Notes: generated from the sequence alone by a model not told the origin. A DNA stretch of 64,000 nucleotides from Desulfurococcaceae archaeon (GCA_038816475.1 JAWBAI010000002.1:109618-173617), one strand, 5' to 3'; positions 18,556-30,230 are shown, numbered from the stretch's first letter. Numbers and translations are program-made.

Positions 18556-20694
18556 CTAAAGTCTCCTTCGATCGTTCTTGGTGGTCTTTGATGCGTCCTT
18601 CAGAACAACGTACTGTATTACATCTTTGATGTACTCTCCTGTTGATTTAAGCTTCAGAAGCTTCTCCAAGTAATCCCTATACTGGATCTTCTTACGTGCA
18701 AACCATTCCTTGTATGCATCATTTAAAAGCGTGTGTGCACGATAGTGGTATTTACATAGTCCCTTAATGTACACGTCTCTCTTGCAATTGGGTATAATGC
18801 ACTTTTCGTAGTTTTTCAGTAGGTCTAATCTTTTAGAGAGCATTTCCCCTACGTTAGCTAGGTTTGCATTGAATCTTTCGACGAGATCCTTGATAACTAC
18901 TTTGGCACTTTCAATAACTTGTTCTCTTGTCTTACGCTTGTTCATCACCTCGTTTAACAATACTTCGAACTTTCTGGTTAGCTCAACGCTGGCAAGATCT
19001 GGGAAGAATCTGTCAACTACCTCTATTACTCCGTAACCGAGATCTGTTACATCTACACCTGACTTAGTAGCTATTAGGTACTTACGGTCGAATAGCTTTT
19101 CTATGATAGGCGCTCTCGTGGATTCTGTTCCAATGCCAACATTCTCCATCCATCTCAAAACATCGATCTTCCTAAGTCTTGATGGAGGTTTAGAGTACAC
19201 TTCTCTTACTCTCACCTTAATGACTTCTACGATGTCTCCGCTACTTAGCTTAGGTAAAACTTTCTCACCGGGTTTATGGAATGGGTAGTATCTTAGCCAG
19301 CCGAGCGATTCCACGGTTAGCCCCGTTGCCTCGAACATGAACTCTTGACGAGGTGTAGAGAACACCATCTTTGTACGAGTAATTACAGCTGGAGGTGCAA
19401 AAGCTGCAAAAAATCTTCTCACCACGAGATCGTATATTGCCCACTGTTTTTTCGTGAGAGACTTGGGTAGATAACCAGTCGGGTATATTGCAGGATGAGC
19501 CGGGTCTTCTTTTTCACCTTCAACAGGTTTTAGTACACCACGAGTTTCTATTAGAAGCCTCTGCACCAGGTTACTATACTGTTCTAAGCCCGAAAGTTTC
19601 AATAGAATTTCCCTGTAGTTAAGACCAGGAGGTAGCTTTTGACTATTCGTTCTTGGGTAACTTATCAAAGCTTCTAAGTACAGCTGTTCCGCTATGTTCT
19701 GAGTTTCCATTGGACTAAAGCCATATATCGCTGCCGCTTCCTCCTGAAGATCGCTGAGGTTAAAAGGTGGTGGAGGAGAGTACGTGAACCTACTGGTTGA
19801 AACATCCCGTACCACCAGGTATCCATACTTACTTACTACTTGAGCTACTCGATTAGCTTCTTCACTATTGTTTATCGGGTTTGTGGTAAGCTCTGCTGTG
19901 AAAATCGCGTTGTTTTTTCTTAGAACAACGGAGATAACGTACTGCGGTAATGGTATGAACAGTTTTCTTTCAAGTGTTCTTTCAACTACGTACTTAAGTG
20001 TAGGAGTTTGCACACGGCCAACGCTCAGCACTACTCTGCTTCCAGTAACACTACGTACGGCTTTCATAAGAGCTCTGCTAATATTTATACCCCAAAGCCA
20101 GTCAAGTTCATGCCTACAAAGCCCAGCCTCGATCATGTTGTAATCGAGGGGCAGAAGTCTGCTTAGTGAGCTCCTGAGCTCTGAAGGTACAAGACTCGAG
20201 AATTTTGCTCTGAAGGCTCTTTTTTCGTCACCCATGAACTTTATAATTAAGTACCCAATTACGCTGCCTTCTATGTCGTAATCGCATGCGTTGATGTAGT
20301 AGTCGCATCCTTTTGATAGGTGCTTAAGGAGTTCAAGGTAATCCTTAGTGTAGCGCTTATCCTCGTTAACCAAATACGCAGATATCCACTTGTACTCGAA
20401 AACAGGGTAATCATCAACATCGGTGTGAAGCCCGTAAAGGTGCCCCGCTGCGCTTGCAACTAGAATAGTGTTCACGCCGCTCTTGATCTCGTAGTATGGG
20501 ATATTTTTGAACCTGTGTACAATGGGGTTCGCTGAAATGGCCTCAGCTATTTTTCTCGAAGCTTTAGGTTTTTCGGCTATAATCAGTATTCTACCTTTCA
20601 GATCCCACAAGCTAACGAACTGACTTCTTTCTCGTTCTAAAGCCACTTTGTCTTTAACTAGCTTCATTACCTCACTTACCTGCTGACTGTTCAC
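18556..20694 (-). CDS. topA: type IA DNA topoisomerase
   Basis: IIAEKP, ACDYDIEG, SVGRVQTPTL, ISYPRT catalytic Tyr, AHPAI, GIGTESTR. Confidence 0.96.
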   Translation of the reverse strand: MNSQQVSEVMKLVKDKVALERERSQFVSLWDLKGRILIIAEKPKASRKIAEAISANPIVHRFKNIPYYEIKSGVNTILVASAAGHLYGLHTDVDDYPVFEYKWISAYLVNEDKRYTKDYLELLKHLSKGCDYYINACDYDIEGSVIGYLIIKFMGDEKRAFRAKFSSLVPSELRSSLSRLLPLDYNMIEAGLCRHELDWLWGINISRALMKAVRSVTGSRVVLSVGRVQTPTLKYVVERTLERKLFIPLPQYVISVVLRKNNAIFTAELTTNPINNSEEANRVAQVVSKYGYLVVRDVSTSRFTYSPPPPFNLSDLQEEAAAIYGFSPMETQNIAEQLYLEALISYPRTNSQKLPPGLNYREILLKLSGLEQYSNLVQRLLIETRGVLKPVEGEKEDPAHPAIYPTGYLPKSLTKKQWAIYDLVVRRFFAAFAPPAVITRTKMVFSTPRQEFMFEATGLTVESLGWLRYYPFHKPGEKVLPKLSSGDIVEVIKVRVREVYSKPPSRLRKIDVLRWMENVGIGTESTRAPIIEKLFDRKYLIATKSGVDVTDLGYGVIEVVDRFFPDLASVELTRKFEVLLNEVMNKRKTREQVIESAKVVIKDLVERFNANLANVGEMLSKRLDLLKNYEKCIIPNCKRDVYIKGLCKYHYRAHTLLNDAYKEWFARKKIQYRDYLEKLLKLKSTGEYIKDVIQYVVLKDASKTTKNDRRRL

Positions 20695-20710
20695 TGTGAT
20701 TTTGACCTGT

Positions 20711-21856
20711 CTATGCGGTTATTGGAATTGGTGCTGTTAAAACCAGTAAAGCTATGTACGCTACAATACAGTAGTAGCATTTAGATTCATCGTACTGGTT
20801 CGCTACTCCAGGATGACCTCGCTTACCTAGTACCAAGTACAATACCAGAGCAACTACTCCTAGACCCAGGTAAATTGATGCTCCAAAACGCAGTAGTAGC
20901 AATAGTAGTCCTACTGAGAGTAGTGTTGCCGGTACAAGCATGCTAATGAAATTGAAAACCCTTGAACCAGTAATGCTTCTTAAAACGTGTCCTCCGTCCA
21001 GTTGACCTATTGGTAGTAAATTGAGAAACGTGATAAAGTATACAACGTAAGTAACAAAGAGAACAGGATGCAGTATTAGTACATCTGTTGGTTTTAGTGG
21101 TCTAATCAGCGTAATTAAATAGAACCCGAGACTAGTGAAGTTCAGGCTTGTTAGAGCTCCCTCCTCGATCAGCCTTAAAGCTTCTCCATAGCTTATTGTA
21201 GGAGATAGAAAAACACCTAGCACACCAACCAGTGTTGCTGCCACGAAGCCGAATAACGGGCCAAACAAGCCCATTCTAGCAAGATCTCGTCTAGAACATG
21301 GAGGAGTTTTTGCAAAGATCAACGCTCCGAACGTTCCCAAGAACCCTAGCTGTATAGGTGGAGCTGGAATTAGAACAGGTCCTTCGACGATAACACCTGA
21401 TCTCCTACTTACATACAAGTGACCTACTTCGTGAACTAGCAGAACTAGTGAGAATAGTACAGCATACAGTACTGAGTTAAGAAGAGTGTAAGTGAAAGAC
21501 GTAGGTCCTACAATGGCCGTAAGACTTTCCGCGAATCCGTACCCCGTGAGAAAAATTGTAGTGAAAGCTATTGCTGATAGAACCCAGCGATACTTGATCA
21601 GGATCGATGACCTGTGAACGAATGGTATTAACCTGATAACAGGTTTTTCTGATTTGAGCTGAAAGGCAAGAACGTTATGAGCGTTTAAGAGTTCAATGTA
21701 TATTTTTCTAAAAGTCTCAGAGCCGATGGGTTTATCAATGACCACGTCGACAAAGAATGTGTATTCCCTAAACTCTACGACTGATACTCCAGCTTTCGAG
21801 AATAGATTCAAGATACTTTCTAATCTCTGGTGTAATGAGCTTTGAGACGGGTACAA
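20711..21856 (-). CDS. site-2 (M50) intramembrane metalloprotease
   Basis: HEVGH, NLLPIGQLDGG; 5' end overlaps rpo6, start uncertain. Confidence 0.9.
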   Translation of the reverse strand: MYPSQSSLHQRLESILNLFSKAGVSVVEFREYTFFVDVVIDKPIGSETFRKIYIELLNAHNVLAFQLKSEKPVIRLIPFVHRSSILIKYRWVLSAIAFTTIFLTGYGFAESLTAIVGPTSFTYTLLNSVLYAVLFSLVLLVHEVGHLYVSRRSGVIVEGPVLIPAPPIQLGFLGTFGALIFAKTPPCSRRDLARMGLFGPLFGFVAATLVGVLGVFLSPTISYGEALRLIEEGALTSLNFTSLGFYLITLIRPLKPTDVLILHPVLFVTYVVYFITFLNLLPIGQLDGGHVLRSITGSRVFNFISMLVPATLLSVGLLLLLLRFGASIYLGLGVVALVLYLVLGKRGHPGVANQYDESKCYYCIVAYIALLVLTAPIPITA

Positions 21857-22100
21857 CTTCGTAGCCTCCTCCTTCCTTCCACCTCAAAATAGACATGGGA
21901 AGAGCTGATTTTATTAATTCGATGATCGCCACGTACACCGGATCCTTAAACGGGATCTCATCTACGTTCACAAGAGGTGGAGCTCCCATTGCTAGCTGAA
22001 GGGCTCGAGCTCCTATTATGCGAGCTAGTTCAAAGCGAGTTAGTCTCTCACTAATAACTTCTCTGTATGTTCTCATTATGTTCTCTGTCATTGAAAGCAC
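21768..22100 (-). CDS. rpo6: RNA polymerase subunit Rpo6 (K)
   Basis: LTRFELARIIGARALQLAMGAP. Confidence 0.96.
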   Translation of the reverse strand: MLSMTENIMRTYREVISERLTRFELARIIGARALQLAMGAPPLVNVDEIPFKDPVYVAIIELIKSALPMSILRWKEGGGYEVVPVSKLITPEIRKYLESILESWSISRRV

Positions 22101-22205
22101 CGTGACTTAATATTAAAGCAGGAATATGATAAGGTAATTAAGGCTTAATAAGGCTGTTCAATATCAATTAAAAATCTTCTTGGTTTACCTATAGCATGTA
22201 CCTAG

Positions 22206-23870
22206 CTAGAACTCGGGTCTCCCGAACTTTTCTTCTTCCTCTTTCTTCTCTTCCTTCTTCTCCTTCTCTTTCTTCATTGGACTAGCTGCTATGATGTCAT
22301 CTATCTTCAGTATAGCAAGAGCGGCCTCTGCAGCAGTCTTTATCATTGCCTCCTTAACTAGCACTGGCTCGATCACGTTGCGCTCTGTCATGTCTTTTAC
22401 TATTTCACCTGTTATTACGTCTATTCCAGCAAACTTCATTTCTTCAGCGTGAAGCTTCCTAAGCTCCATGAGTATCTCAAGTGGATCCTTACCACAGCTA
22501 GATGCAAGTATCATTGGTATCTCCTCTAGCGCGGCTGCAAAGGCTTCTATTGCTAGTTGCTCTTTTCCACCAACCTTTGACGCGTATTCTCTTAGCTTCA
22601 TTGCTATTTCAATCTCAATTGCTCCTCCGCCAGCTACTATTTTTGGAACCCTTAGAACGTTTCTTAGAACGTTGAGAGCGTCTTTAACGCTTCTCTCAAC
22701 CTCGTCCAGCACCATATCGCTGGCTCCGCGTATTAGTATTGTTACAGCCTTCGGGTTCTTGCATCCCTCAACGAACACCATTTTATCGTTACCAACCTTT
22801 CTTTCTTCTACGAGTTCAGCGTATCCCAGGTCTTCGGGCTTAAGATCCCTAATACTGCTCACAATCTTTCCTCCTGTTGCTCTCTCCAGCTTCTCGAGGT
22901 CACTTCTCTTGACTCTTCTAACGGCCAGAATACCCTTCTTAGCAAGGAAGTGCTGAGCAACCTCATCAATACCCTTCTGGCATATAACGACGTTTGCGCC
23001 AACCTCTGCGATCTTGTCAACCATTTCCTTGAGCAATCTTGCTTCCTCGTCTAGGAAGGCTTTTATCATATCTGGGCTTGTTATGTTTATCTTAGCTGTT
23101 ATCTCTGGTTTTTCAACCTCTAGTGCAGCGTCAAGTAGGGCAATCTTGGCTTTCTCAACTCTTCTAGGCATACCTGGATGAACAACCTCCTTGTCGATTA
23201 CAATACCGTATACTAGTTGAGTGTCGATTACGTGGCCACCTTTCTTCTTCTCGATCTTCACGTCATCTACTCTGAAGTCTCTTGTTCCATCGGGTTTAAC
23301 CTCGGAAACTGTTAGTGCAGCATCTATTGCCATTTCAACAAGCTTGTTTGACACTACATCTCCGCCGATGTACTTGCTTGCAATAGCTGTTCTAGCAATC
23401 TTTCTTAGTTGCTCACGGTCATTTATGTCAACGGGGTTCGCTATGGAGTGAAGTATGTTAATTGCTTCCTTGAGAGCTTTAGTGTATCCACTAATTATTA
23501 TGCTTGGGTGTATGTCTTGATCTAATAGTTCCTCTGCTTTTGCCAGAAGGGTTCCAGCTAGAACCACTGCGCTGGTTGTACCATCACCAACCTCGGCATC
23601 TTGAGCCTTTGCTACTTCCACGAGGAGCTTAGCTGCTGGATGCTGTACTTCCATTTCTTTAACTATTGTTGCACCATCGTTGGTGACTGTTACATCTCCA
23701 AAGCTATCAACAAGCATTTTGTCTAGTCCACGCGGACCTAAGCTCGTTTTCAAAACCTCCGCAAGTGCTTTTGCTGCTGCTATGTTCGATCTTAACGCAT
23801 CTCTTCCAACAGTTCTCTTGGTGCCTTCCTTCAGTATAAGTACAGGTATACCATATAGAGCCATATTCAC
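22206..23870 (-). CDS. thsA: thermosome (group II chaperonin), alpha-like subunit
   Basis: [21 protein letters not shown]; [17 protein letters not shown] is alpha-like. Confidence 0.93.
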   Translation of the reverse strand: MNMALYGIPVLILKEGTKRTVGRDALRSNIAAAKALAEVLKTSLGPRGLDKMLVDSFGDVTVTNDGATIVKEMEVQHPAAKLLVEVAKAQDAEVGDGTTSAVVLAGTLLAKAEELLDQDIHPSIIISGYTKALKEAINILHSIANPVDINDREQLRKIARTAIASKYIGGDVVSNKLVEMAIDAALTVSEVKPDGTRDFRVDDVKIEKKKGGHVIDTQLVYGIVIDKEVVHPGMPRRVEKAKIALLDAALEVEKPEITAKINITSPDMIKAFLDEEARLLKEMVDKIAEVGANVVICQKGIDEVAQHFLAKKGILAVRRVKRSDLEKLERATGGKIVSSIRDLKPEDLGYAELVEERKVGNDKMVFVEGCKNPKAVTILIRGASDMVLDEVERSVKDALNVLRNVLRVPKIVAGGGAIEIEIAMKLREYASKVGGKEQLAIEAFAAALEEIPMILASSCGKDPLEILMELRKLHAEEMKFAGIDVITGEIVKDMTERNVIEPVLVKEAMIKTAAEAALAILKIDDIIAASPMKKEKEKKEEKKEEEEKFGRPEF

Positions 23871-24006
23871 ACCTTTACACAGTCCTTAGTACGCTATTTA
23901 GAGGGGTTCTATAAAAATTTTATTTACATGTTTATTTAAATAGATCATGTGAGAGTTTGTAACTCTGTATATTAAGGTCGGTCTGCTCATGATTTAATAG
24001 GCCTCG

Positions 24007-24363
24007 GTGCGATTCATGTATGAGTTGAAATCAAAAGAAGAATTCATAAGAGCTTTAAAAGGCAATGAGCTTGTGCTAATAGAGTACTATGAACCAGGCA
24101 ACAAGGAGTGCGATGTAATGAACGAGTCCATGAAGGAGCTTGCTAAATACGCGGGACAAACAGTCCTATTCTGCAGGATCAATGTAAGGGAACACCCCGA
24201 GATTGATAGTGTGAGTGATGTACCCGCGATTAGAGTATACTATAGGGGTGAACCGATATTCGAGCAGATCGGTAGTATGAGCACTGTTGAACTAAATCTT
24301 AGAGTCGTTAGGAGAAGTATTAGAGAGGTATTTCGAGCAAGAAACATCCAAGTTAGAATTTAA
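24007..24363 (+). CDS. thioredoxin-fold protein lacking a full CxxC
   Basis: LVLIEYY.PGNKEC, VPAIRVYYRGE. Confidence 0.75.
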   Translation: MRFMYELKSKEEFIRALKGNELVLIEYYEPGNKECDVMNESMKELAKYAGQTVLFCRINVREHPEIDSVSDVPAIRVYYRGEPIFEQIGSMSTVELNLRVVRRSIREVFRARNIQVRI

Positions 24364-24373
24364 GCTAGCTTGG

Positions 24374-25369
24374 TTACACTTGCAAATCGCGTGAGTTAAC
24401 TTCTTCGATAATTCTAGATATTTCCGGCTTCCTGAGGTATACAATGTAAACAACGTGGTTTTCCAGCATAGCCCGTCGTGAACGTGGATGATATATGCCT
24501 TTCTCTGCTAGTAAAACGTATCCAAACTGCAGTACCTCGTTTAACTCAGCAACGCTGGCCGTTTTCAAGTACATATTGAACTTCTCGTCGAAGCCGAGCA
24601 CTGCTCTTAGGTAATCTTCTGGTACAATGTAGTTGCATATTAAGCAACATCTATCTGGTGCTATAGCGTTAAAACAGCATTTTGGACAAGTTACAAACCC
24701 GCGTCCTCTATTCGTGTTCCATACATGCCTTAAGATGTCAACTAGTTCCTCCATTCCGTAGAGTACTGAGAGCTTGTACAGTTTTCCGGTTTCTGAGAGT
24801 AGTGCTTTGCCCCCATTTGTAATAATGTACTCTAGTTGTTGAGGTGTTGGTTTCTCGATTAGTTCTAGTAGTCTAGCAACAACATGTTCAAATAGTGATT
24901 TCTGATTTCTCTTGATCTTCTTGATAACGGCTTCTGGGTCGGGTTTACTGCTGTACCCTGATGCTATGAGCTCTACGATTTCTCTTGCGAATTCAAATGC
25001 TTGATCTCTGCTCATTCCAAGTATTGTGGTAAATCCGAAAATCGCATCAACGTGTTCAAACACTGCCTCTGTAAGATTACCAACATCGATTGTTTTCGTT
25101 TTTCTTGTTTTTTTCTTAGTTACCTTGACAGTTGTGGTTGCTGTTGTAGTCTCCATTGTGCGGTGAACAACAGTGGGTTGTTCTTTCTTTTGCTTTTTTG
25201 CTCTCCCTGAAGCAAAGTTTTTTCTTGCTGATTGATCTTCAACTCTAGAAGACTCTTGTTCATCACGGCCGCGTTTCTTTCTTGGAATGTTTACCCCCTT
25301 GATTAAGGTTAGTCTTAAATAAGTTAAGGGATTTGAGTTACAGGGCGGGTACTTCCTCGCCTCCTTCAA
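24374..25369 (-). CDS. hypothetical protein with basic/Thr-rich N-tail and Zn ribbon
   Basis: CPKC..CLICN; likely true start near 25288 (see findings). Confidence 0.75.
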   Translation of the reverse strand: MKEARKYPPCNSNPLTYLRLTLIKGVNIPRKKRGRDEQESSRVEDQSARKNFASGRAKKQKKEQPTVVHRTMETTTATTTVKVTKKKTRKTKTIDVGNLTEAVFEHVDAIFGFTTILGMSRDQAFEFAREIVELIASGYSSKPDPEAVIKKIKRNQKSLFEHVVARLLELIEKPTPQQLEYIITNGGKALLSETGKLYKLSVLYGMEELVDILRHVWNTNRGRGFVTCPKCCFNAIAPDRCCLICNYIVPEDYLRAVLGFDEKFNMYLKTASVAELNEVLQFGYVLLAEKGIYHPRSRRAMLENHVVYIVYLRKPEISRIIEEVNSRDLQV

Positions 25370-25637
25370 TAGCTTGTGCGATCAAGTAGCTTAGTACTAG
25401 CTTAGCAAAGTTTTTCTTGGACCTTAGCTTCGTCAGGTAGTTTACGATGTCGTCGAGTGTAGCGTTCCCTCCGTACACCTCCTGCTTTATAAACTTAGCA
25501 ATCGAGTACAGTATTTTCTCGTAATCGTAATCCGTCTCTACTTTGTCACCATAGTACTTGTCTACAATTTCGCTAACAATGTCTCCAATAACGCTTTCGA
25601 CAGCATCAAGCATTTTTCTCCGATACTGACTTTTCAT
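25338..25637 (-). CDS. hypothetical helical protein
   Basis: 99-aa ORF, ATG with GGGG upstream, co-oriented with neighbours. Confidence 0.7.
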   Translation of the reverse strand: MKSQYRRKMLDAVESVIGDIVSEIVDKYYGDKVETDYDYEKILYSIAKFIKQEVYGGNATLDDIVNYLTKLRSKKNFAKLVLSYLIAQAIEGGEEVPAL

Positions 25638-25682
25638 CTTTCTGCCCCATTGTAGTTGGGATAAAAATAGAAGCTTATAACC

Positions 25683-26639
25683 TCAATAGGGTACAATGCA
25701 CTCTTCGAGTAGATTGTAGTCATCATTCATCCTAATATACTTCACGAGACCTGCACATTTAAAGCCGTAAACAAGAGGACTGCTGAACACTGTAATAACA
25801 CGTCCTCCGTGAGATCTCCTGGTACCGTTTACAGCTTCATGAGCTCTTATCAAATACTTAACCTTTGCTAACTCAAGTACCCTGTTGGTTATCCTAGTGC
25901 CGTATAGTACACCTGCTCCTCTCGGAGAAGGCATGTAATCTATATTCATTTCAACGGGATCACTCCACAGTATTTCTTCAAGAAGCGCGCTGGAAGGTTT
26001 CTTCTTTCCAACCTCAAAGCTTTCCTCGAAGCTACCTTGCACTAGTACAGATTTTGGAGGGCCTCCGTGAAGTGCTATGAACCCATTCTCCACGATAGCC
26101 ACGAGAGGAAGTTTATCGAATAAAGCTAACGAAAGCTCATAGAGAGCGCGCCCTTCCTCCCTAAATCTGGCCTCGAGTTGATAGGGGTAGTCGTGAGGAT
26201 ATGGTATTAGCCATTTAGGTGGTTCGTGGTTACCTCTCAGTAGAACAATTCTTTCGGGGTAAGTTAACTTGAGATACAAAACAGTTGCAAGAGTCTCTAT
26301 CTGCGCGTATCCTCTATCAACGTAGTCGCCTAGGAACACCACTACGTGGTTTTTCTCCTCTAAGTAATCCCATATAGAGTTCATTATTGTTAAGAGCGAG
26401 TAGAAGTCACCATGTAGATCACCCACTAGAACTGTTGACAAGTGCTCGCCTAGCTTAACAATACCAGGATTCAAGTACTTAGAACCAGGTGGTGTTTCAT
26501 CAAGAGTCTTCGAGCACTCTTCGAGTAACTCCCTGTACTTTGAAGCATTTTGAGAATAAACGTGAACTTCGTCAACCAGGTTTCTTACGCCTCTACTTAA
26601 AACACCTTTATCAATGAAGCGCCTTTCTATACTAAACAC
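25683..26639 (-). CDS. PPP-family Ser/Thr protein phosphatase
   Basis: GDLHG, GDYVDRG, LRGNHE, HGG, LWSDP, RAHE. Confidence 0.93.
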   Translation of the reverse strand: MFSIERRFIDKGVLSRGVRNLVDEVHVYSQNASKYRELLEECSKTLDETPPGSKYLNPGIVKLGEHLSTVLVGDLHGDFYSLLTIMNSIWDYLEEKNHVVVFLGDYVDRGYAQIETLATVLYLKLTYPERIVLLRGNHEPPKWLIPYPHDYPYQLEARFREEGRALYELSLALFDKLPLVAIVENGFIALHGGPPKSVLVQGSFEESFEVGKKKPSSALLEEILWSDPVEMNIDYMPSPRGAGVLYGTRITNRVLELAKVKYLIRAHEAVNGTRRSHGGRVITVFSSPLVYGFKCAGLVKYIRMNDDYNLLEECIVPY

Positions 26640-26741
26640 CCGGATAGCACTTGTTCCGGGCTATCAACCTACTACATTTCGTACATTAAGAAGTAAGGAG
26701 CTCCTTATAGCTCTGCATAGAACCAGTAGAACAAGGGAAAC

Positions 26742-26795
26742 TCAGCGGCTACCAGCGTGTACATCACAACTTCAGTAGCGGCCAAGGTTCAGCAT
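26742..26795 (-). ncRNA. box C/D guide sRNA (probable tRNA D-loop target)
   Basis: ATGCTGA-accttggccgcta-CTGA-agtt-GTGATGT-acacgctggtagccg-CTGA with GGAAA/TTTCC terminal stem. Confidence 0.8.
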
Positions 26796-26910
26796 TTTTC
26801 CACTACTAGACAAGAGTTACCTAGGCTAATATAGGTTTATTAAACTACCAGGTGAATACAGAATCTCTTCCGAGTAACCGTGTTACATAGAGCGTGGATA
26901 ATCCTGTTGC

Positions 26911-26962
26911 TCAGCTAAATGCCTTCTAATCACTGTTCATTACCGGAGGTACTCTTCATCGC
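26911..26962 (-). ncRNA. box C/D guide sRNA (probable 23S targets)
   Basis: GCGATGA-agagtacctccggta-ATGA-aca-GTGATTA-gaaggcatttag-CTGA, just after the gatE stop. Confidence 0.78.
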
Positions 26963-26970
26963 CACTAGTA

Positions 26971-28893
26971 CTATATTCCCATGGTCTCTTTTAACTTGCT
27001 TTTCACCCGTTCTGCTACTATTTTTCCATCTATTTTACCTCGAACAATCTTCATTACCTCACTCATAACTATTGTAAATGCCTTGTCGGGTCTCGCTGCG
27101 AGTTTACCCTTGTTCTCCTCGATGATCTTCACGATCAGCGAGTCAAGTTCTTCTACTCTGATTCTTCCTAAACCCAGCTCTTCAACAGCTTTTCTCACGC
27201 TGATACCCGGGTTTCTAGCTAAGTACGCTAAAACAGCGGGTACAGCTTCCTTGGCTATTACTCCTTCTGCAAGAGCTTCAACAACGTTCTCTATTTCACG
27301 CTCGTCGAGCTCATCTACTGGTACACCTTCACGTCTAAGGGATGGAATAATGTTGGTTAGTATAGATGCTATCGTAGAGCATGAAACTCTATCCTTGTAC
27401 CTTGTAGCCAGGTACTCGTAGAGGTCCAATCTCAGGTCGTTGAGTACAGCGTACGCGAGTTCTCTGCTCAAACCGTGAACTTCAACCAGTGTTTTGTACT
27501 TGACATCAGGATGCTCTGGAACAAGCTTATCCGCTTCTCTAAGCAGCTCTTCGGTTACCCTTACTGGAGGAATATCCGTTTCAGGGTACATTCTTGCTGC
27601 TCCAGGCCTTGGTCTCATGTACTTTGTTGTTCCATCGGGGTTAGCTGCTCTAGTTTCCTCTGGTACGCCGATAACAGCATACGCTGCTCTCTCAACTATA
27701 GCTTCTAGTGCTTTCTCAGCCTTACTTCTGGCGTCGGCTACTATTACTATAGCGTCTCTAGTAGGATCAGCACCTGTAGCCGAGTATAGTCTTAGCACAT
27801 CGTCAGCTGTTAATCCGCATCCCGGTAATTCATCCGTGTGAATTATTCCTCCAACACCACCCCATACTTTAGCGTAGTCGCTGAGTTCTGTTCCAAATCT
27901 TCTACCTGGTTGAACATGTTTACCCAGTAAACCCTTGAAACCTGGTAGTACCTGCGCTAGTACAGCACCATCATTCATGGAGATTGCTCTCTTGATAATC
28001 TTCGAGTCTGCATGCCTCAATACATCCGTTACATCGACTATATCGAGTTTAACGTCTCCTGGAACTACTCCTCTCCTATTAAGCTCATCCCTTATTTCGA
28101 GAAGCTTAAGTTGCCTTTCAACCTCGAGCTCTACCACTCTTGGTATCAAATAGAGGTGCTGAATCCCCTTGATCTCTACCTTGGCTCCTCCAGCTATGCT
28201 TATGTTTATATCCTGCCTAATACTACCAAGTCCTCGCTTCGCTTTTCCAGTTAATCTTACTAATTGACCTATCTTCAAGGCTGTTTTCAGAGCTAAGTCT
28301 GGAGAGTCTACATCGGGTGCTGTTGCAATCTCAATCAGAGGTATGCCTAGCCTGTCGATAACGTAGTGAACCTGGTTTTCCCGCTCATCGATCTTGCGTG
28401 CAGCGTCTTCCTCTAAGCAAAGCGTTTGTATGCCTACTCTTCTACCTTCAACCTCAATACTTCCACCAACTGCTACTAAGACTGTTCTCTGAAACCCACT
28501 CACGTTGCTTCCATCAATAACAATTTTTCTCATCACATGTAGCTCGTCAACAATATTCATATTCAACGCTTTTGCAACTGCTAGAGCTGTAAGCAGAGAC
28601 TCTTCGTCTATTAAATGCGGTGGTTCTTCGTCAGCCTCCACAAGGCACGAAGACTCCCAAGGAGCCTTGTATACGAACTCCTTGTTCTTGTGCCATTCGA
28701 GTAAAGCTGCTGGGTCAACTTCCCCTACTTCGCTTCTAGCTGGTCTTAAATACCTTGCAAATTCTGCTTGATCTCTCTCAGCTAGGATCGGTGAACAATG
28801 GCAAAACAGTTTTCTCCTGGTGTTCAGCTGCACGTGTATTTCAAGACCCACTTTCAACCCAATTGACTTATAATCGATGCTCACAGCATCCAC
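26971..28893 (-). CDS. gatE: Glu-tRNA(Gln) amidotransferase subunit E
   Basis: [42 protein letters not shown]. Confidence 0.97.
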   Translation of the reverse strand: MDAVSIDYKSIGLKVGLEIHVQLNTRRKLFCHCSPILAERDQAEFARYLRPARSEVGEVDPAALLEWHKNKEFVYKAPWESSCLVEADEEPPHLIDEESLLTALAVAKALNMNIVDELHVMRKIVIDGSNVSGFQRTVLVAVGGSIEVEGRRVGIQTLCLEEDAARKIDERENQVHYVIDRLGIPLIEIATAPDVDSPDLALKTALKIGQLVRLTGKAKRGLGSIRQDINISIAGGAKVEIKGIQHLYLIPRVVELEVERQLKLLEIRDELNRRGVVPGDVKLDIVDVTDVLRHADSKIIKRAISMNDGAVLAQVLPGFKGLLGKHVQPGRRFGTELSDYAKVWGGVGGIIHTDELPGCGLTADDVLRLYSATGADPTRDAIVIVADARSKAEKALEAIVERAAYAVIGVPEETRAANPDGTTKYMRPRPGAARMYPETDIPPVRVTEELLREADKLVPEHPDVKYKTLVEVHGLSRELAYAVLNDLRLDLYEYLATRYKDRVSCSTIASILTNIIPSLRREGVPVDELDEREIENVVEALAEGVIAKEAVPAVLAYLARNPGISVRKAVEELGLGRIRVEELDSLIVKIIEENKGKLAARPDKAFTIVMSEVMKIVRGKIDGKIVAERVKSKLKETMGI

Positions 28894-30230
28894 CTTGGGT
28901 AAAGGTCAATTGTGTGCCTGTAGTTGATTTCCCCTACAAGATTAGTCTCCATGATCTTTTTAACTTCCTTGAGATCCCTCGTGATCGATCCCAGGATCCA
29001 AGACAACTTAACATACGCTGTTTCAGGAAGCATGTCGTACCCCGGTATAACCCCTGCGTCTAGCAATCTTCTACCCGTGCTATACACGTACATGTCCACT
29101 CTTCCGAAGAGGCATTGACTAGTCATAACTACCGGTATGCCTAGTTCAACGGCTCTCTTAATGGAACTTACTAGCTTGTTCGCGACGTGACCAAGACCTG
29201 TACCCTCGATAACTATCCCGTGGTAACCCTTATCAACAAGGTAATCTATGATGCCGGCTTCCATACCCGGGTAAAACTTTACTAATGCTACTTTGCTATC
29301 AAAATTCGCTCTTAAAACCGGGTTCTTATCACCTCTATACTCGTAGATCTTACCTGTAATCACTATTTCCCGCTTGAACGGATCAACGAGAGCTATCGGT
29401 TTATCGTTTATTGATTGAAACGCGTCTCTTCTACTAGTATGCATTTTTCGAGTTTTCACACCCCTATGAACAGCCACCAGGTTATCCGATGTTGACGCGT
29501 GCATTGCTACTACGGATTCTGCGAAGGGAGCTTTAGCAGCTACCAGAGTAGCAGATAGTAGGTTTAAAACAGCGTCGGTACTAGGCCTATCACTGCTTCT
29601 CTGAGAACCCACTAGTATTATTGGAACAGGCTTGTTCTGTATGCTGAAAGCTAGCGCTGAAGCCGTGTACGCCATGGTGTCTGTACCGTGAGCTACTACT
29701 ACCCCTGAAACTCCGCTCTCGATCTCCTTGTACACTTCCTCTGCTATTTTACTCCATAGTTCTGGTGTCATGTCCTCACTGAATATGCTCATTACCTCCC
29801 TAGCTGAGAACAAAGCTATTTCCTCCAACTCGGGTATCCACTCGGTGATCTCCTCTGGTTTCAATGCAGGTGTAACCGCGCCTGTTTCGTAATCAACCTT
29901 AGATGCTATTGTTCCACCTGTACTTACAAGTGTAACTTTGGGTAACGATTTGTTCGGCGGATGCTTTGGAGGAGTAGAGGTGCTCCTCGGTTTGTACTTC
30001 TCTACAAGTTCTATCTCTTCGATCCTCGCAAAATCTACACCTATGTTGTACCCGTTCTCAAGCTTTAGAACAATTATCGATGAGCTCTCGAAAAGCTGAG
30101 GTCTTGGCATTAAAAGTCCTTTGAGAATAGTTCCATCCTTTAACTTAACGAAAACCTTGTCCCCTGGTTCTAAGCCCCTTGAATGTAAATACGTTGCTAA
30201 ACTACCAGTGTAGCCATAGTATACTAGCAA
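28881..30230 (-). CDS. gatD: Glu-tRNA(Gln) amidotransferase subunit D
   Basis: [22 protein letters not shown]. Confidence 0.97.
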   Translation of the reverse strand: MLVYYGYTGSLATYLHSRGLEPGDKVFVKLKDGTILKGLLMPRPQLFESSSIIVLKLENGYNIGVDFARIEEIELVEKYKPRSTSTPPKHPPNKSLPKVTLVSTGGTIASKVDYETGAVTPALKPEEITEWIPELEEIALFSAREVMSIFSEDMTPELWSKIAEEVYKEIESGVSGVVVAHGTDTMAYTASALAFSIQNKPVPIILVGSQRSSDRPSTDAVLNLLSATLVAAKAPFAESVVAMHASTSDNLVAVHRGVKTRKMHTSRRDAFQSINDKPIALVDPFKREIVITGKIYEYRGDKNPVLRANFDSKVALVKFYPGMEAGIIDYLVDKGYHGIVIEGTGLGHVANKLVSSIKRAVELGIPVVMTSQCLFGRVDMYVYSTGRRLLDAGVIPGYDMLPETAYVKLSWILGSITRDLKEVKKIMETNLVGEINYRHTIDLYPRWML

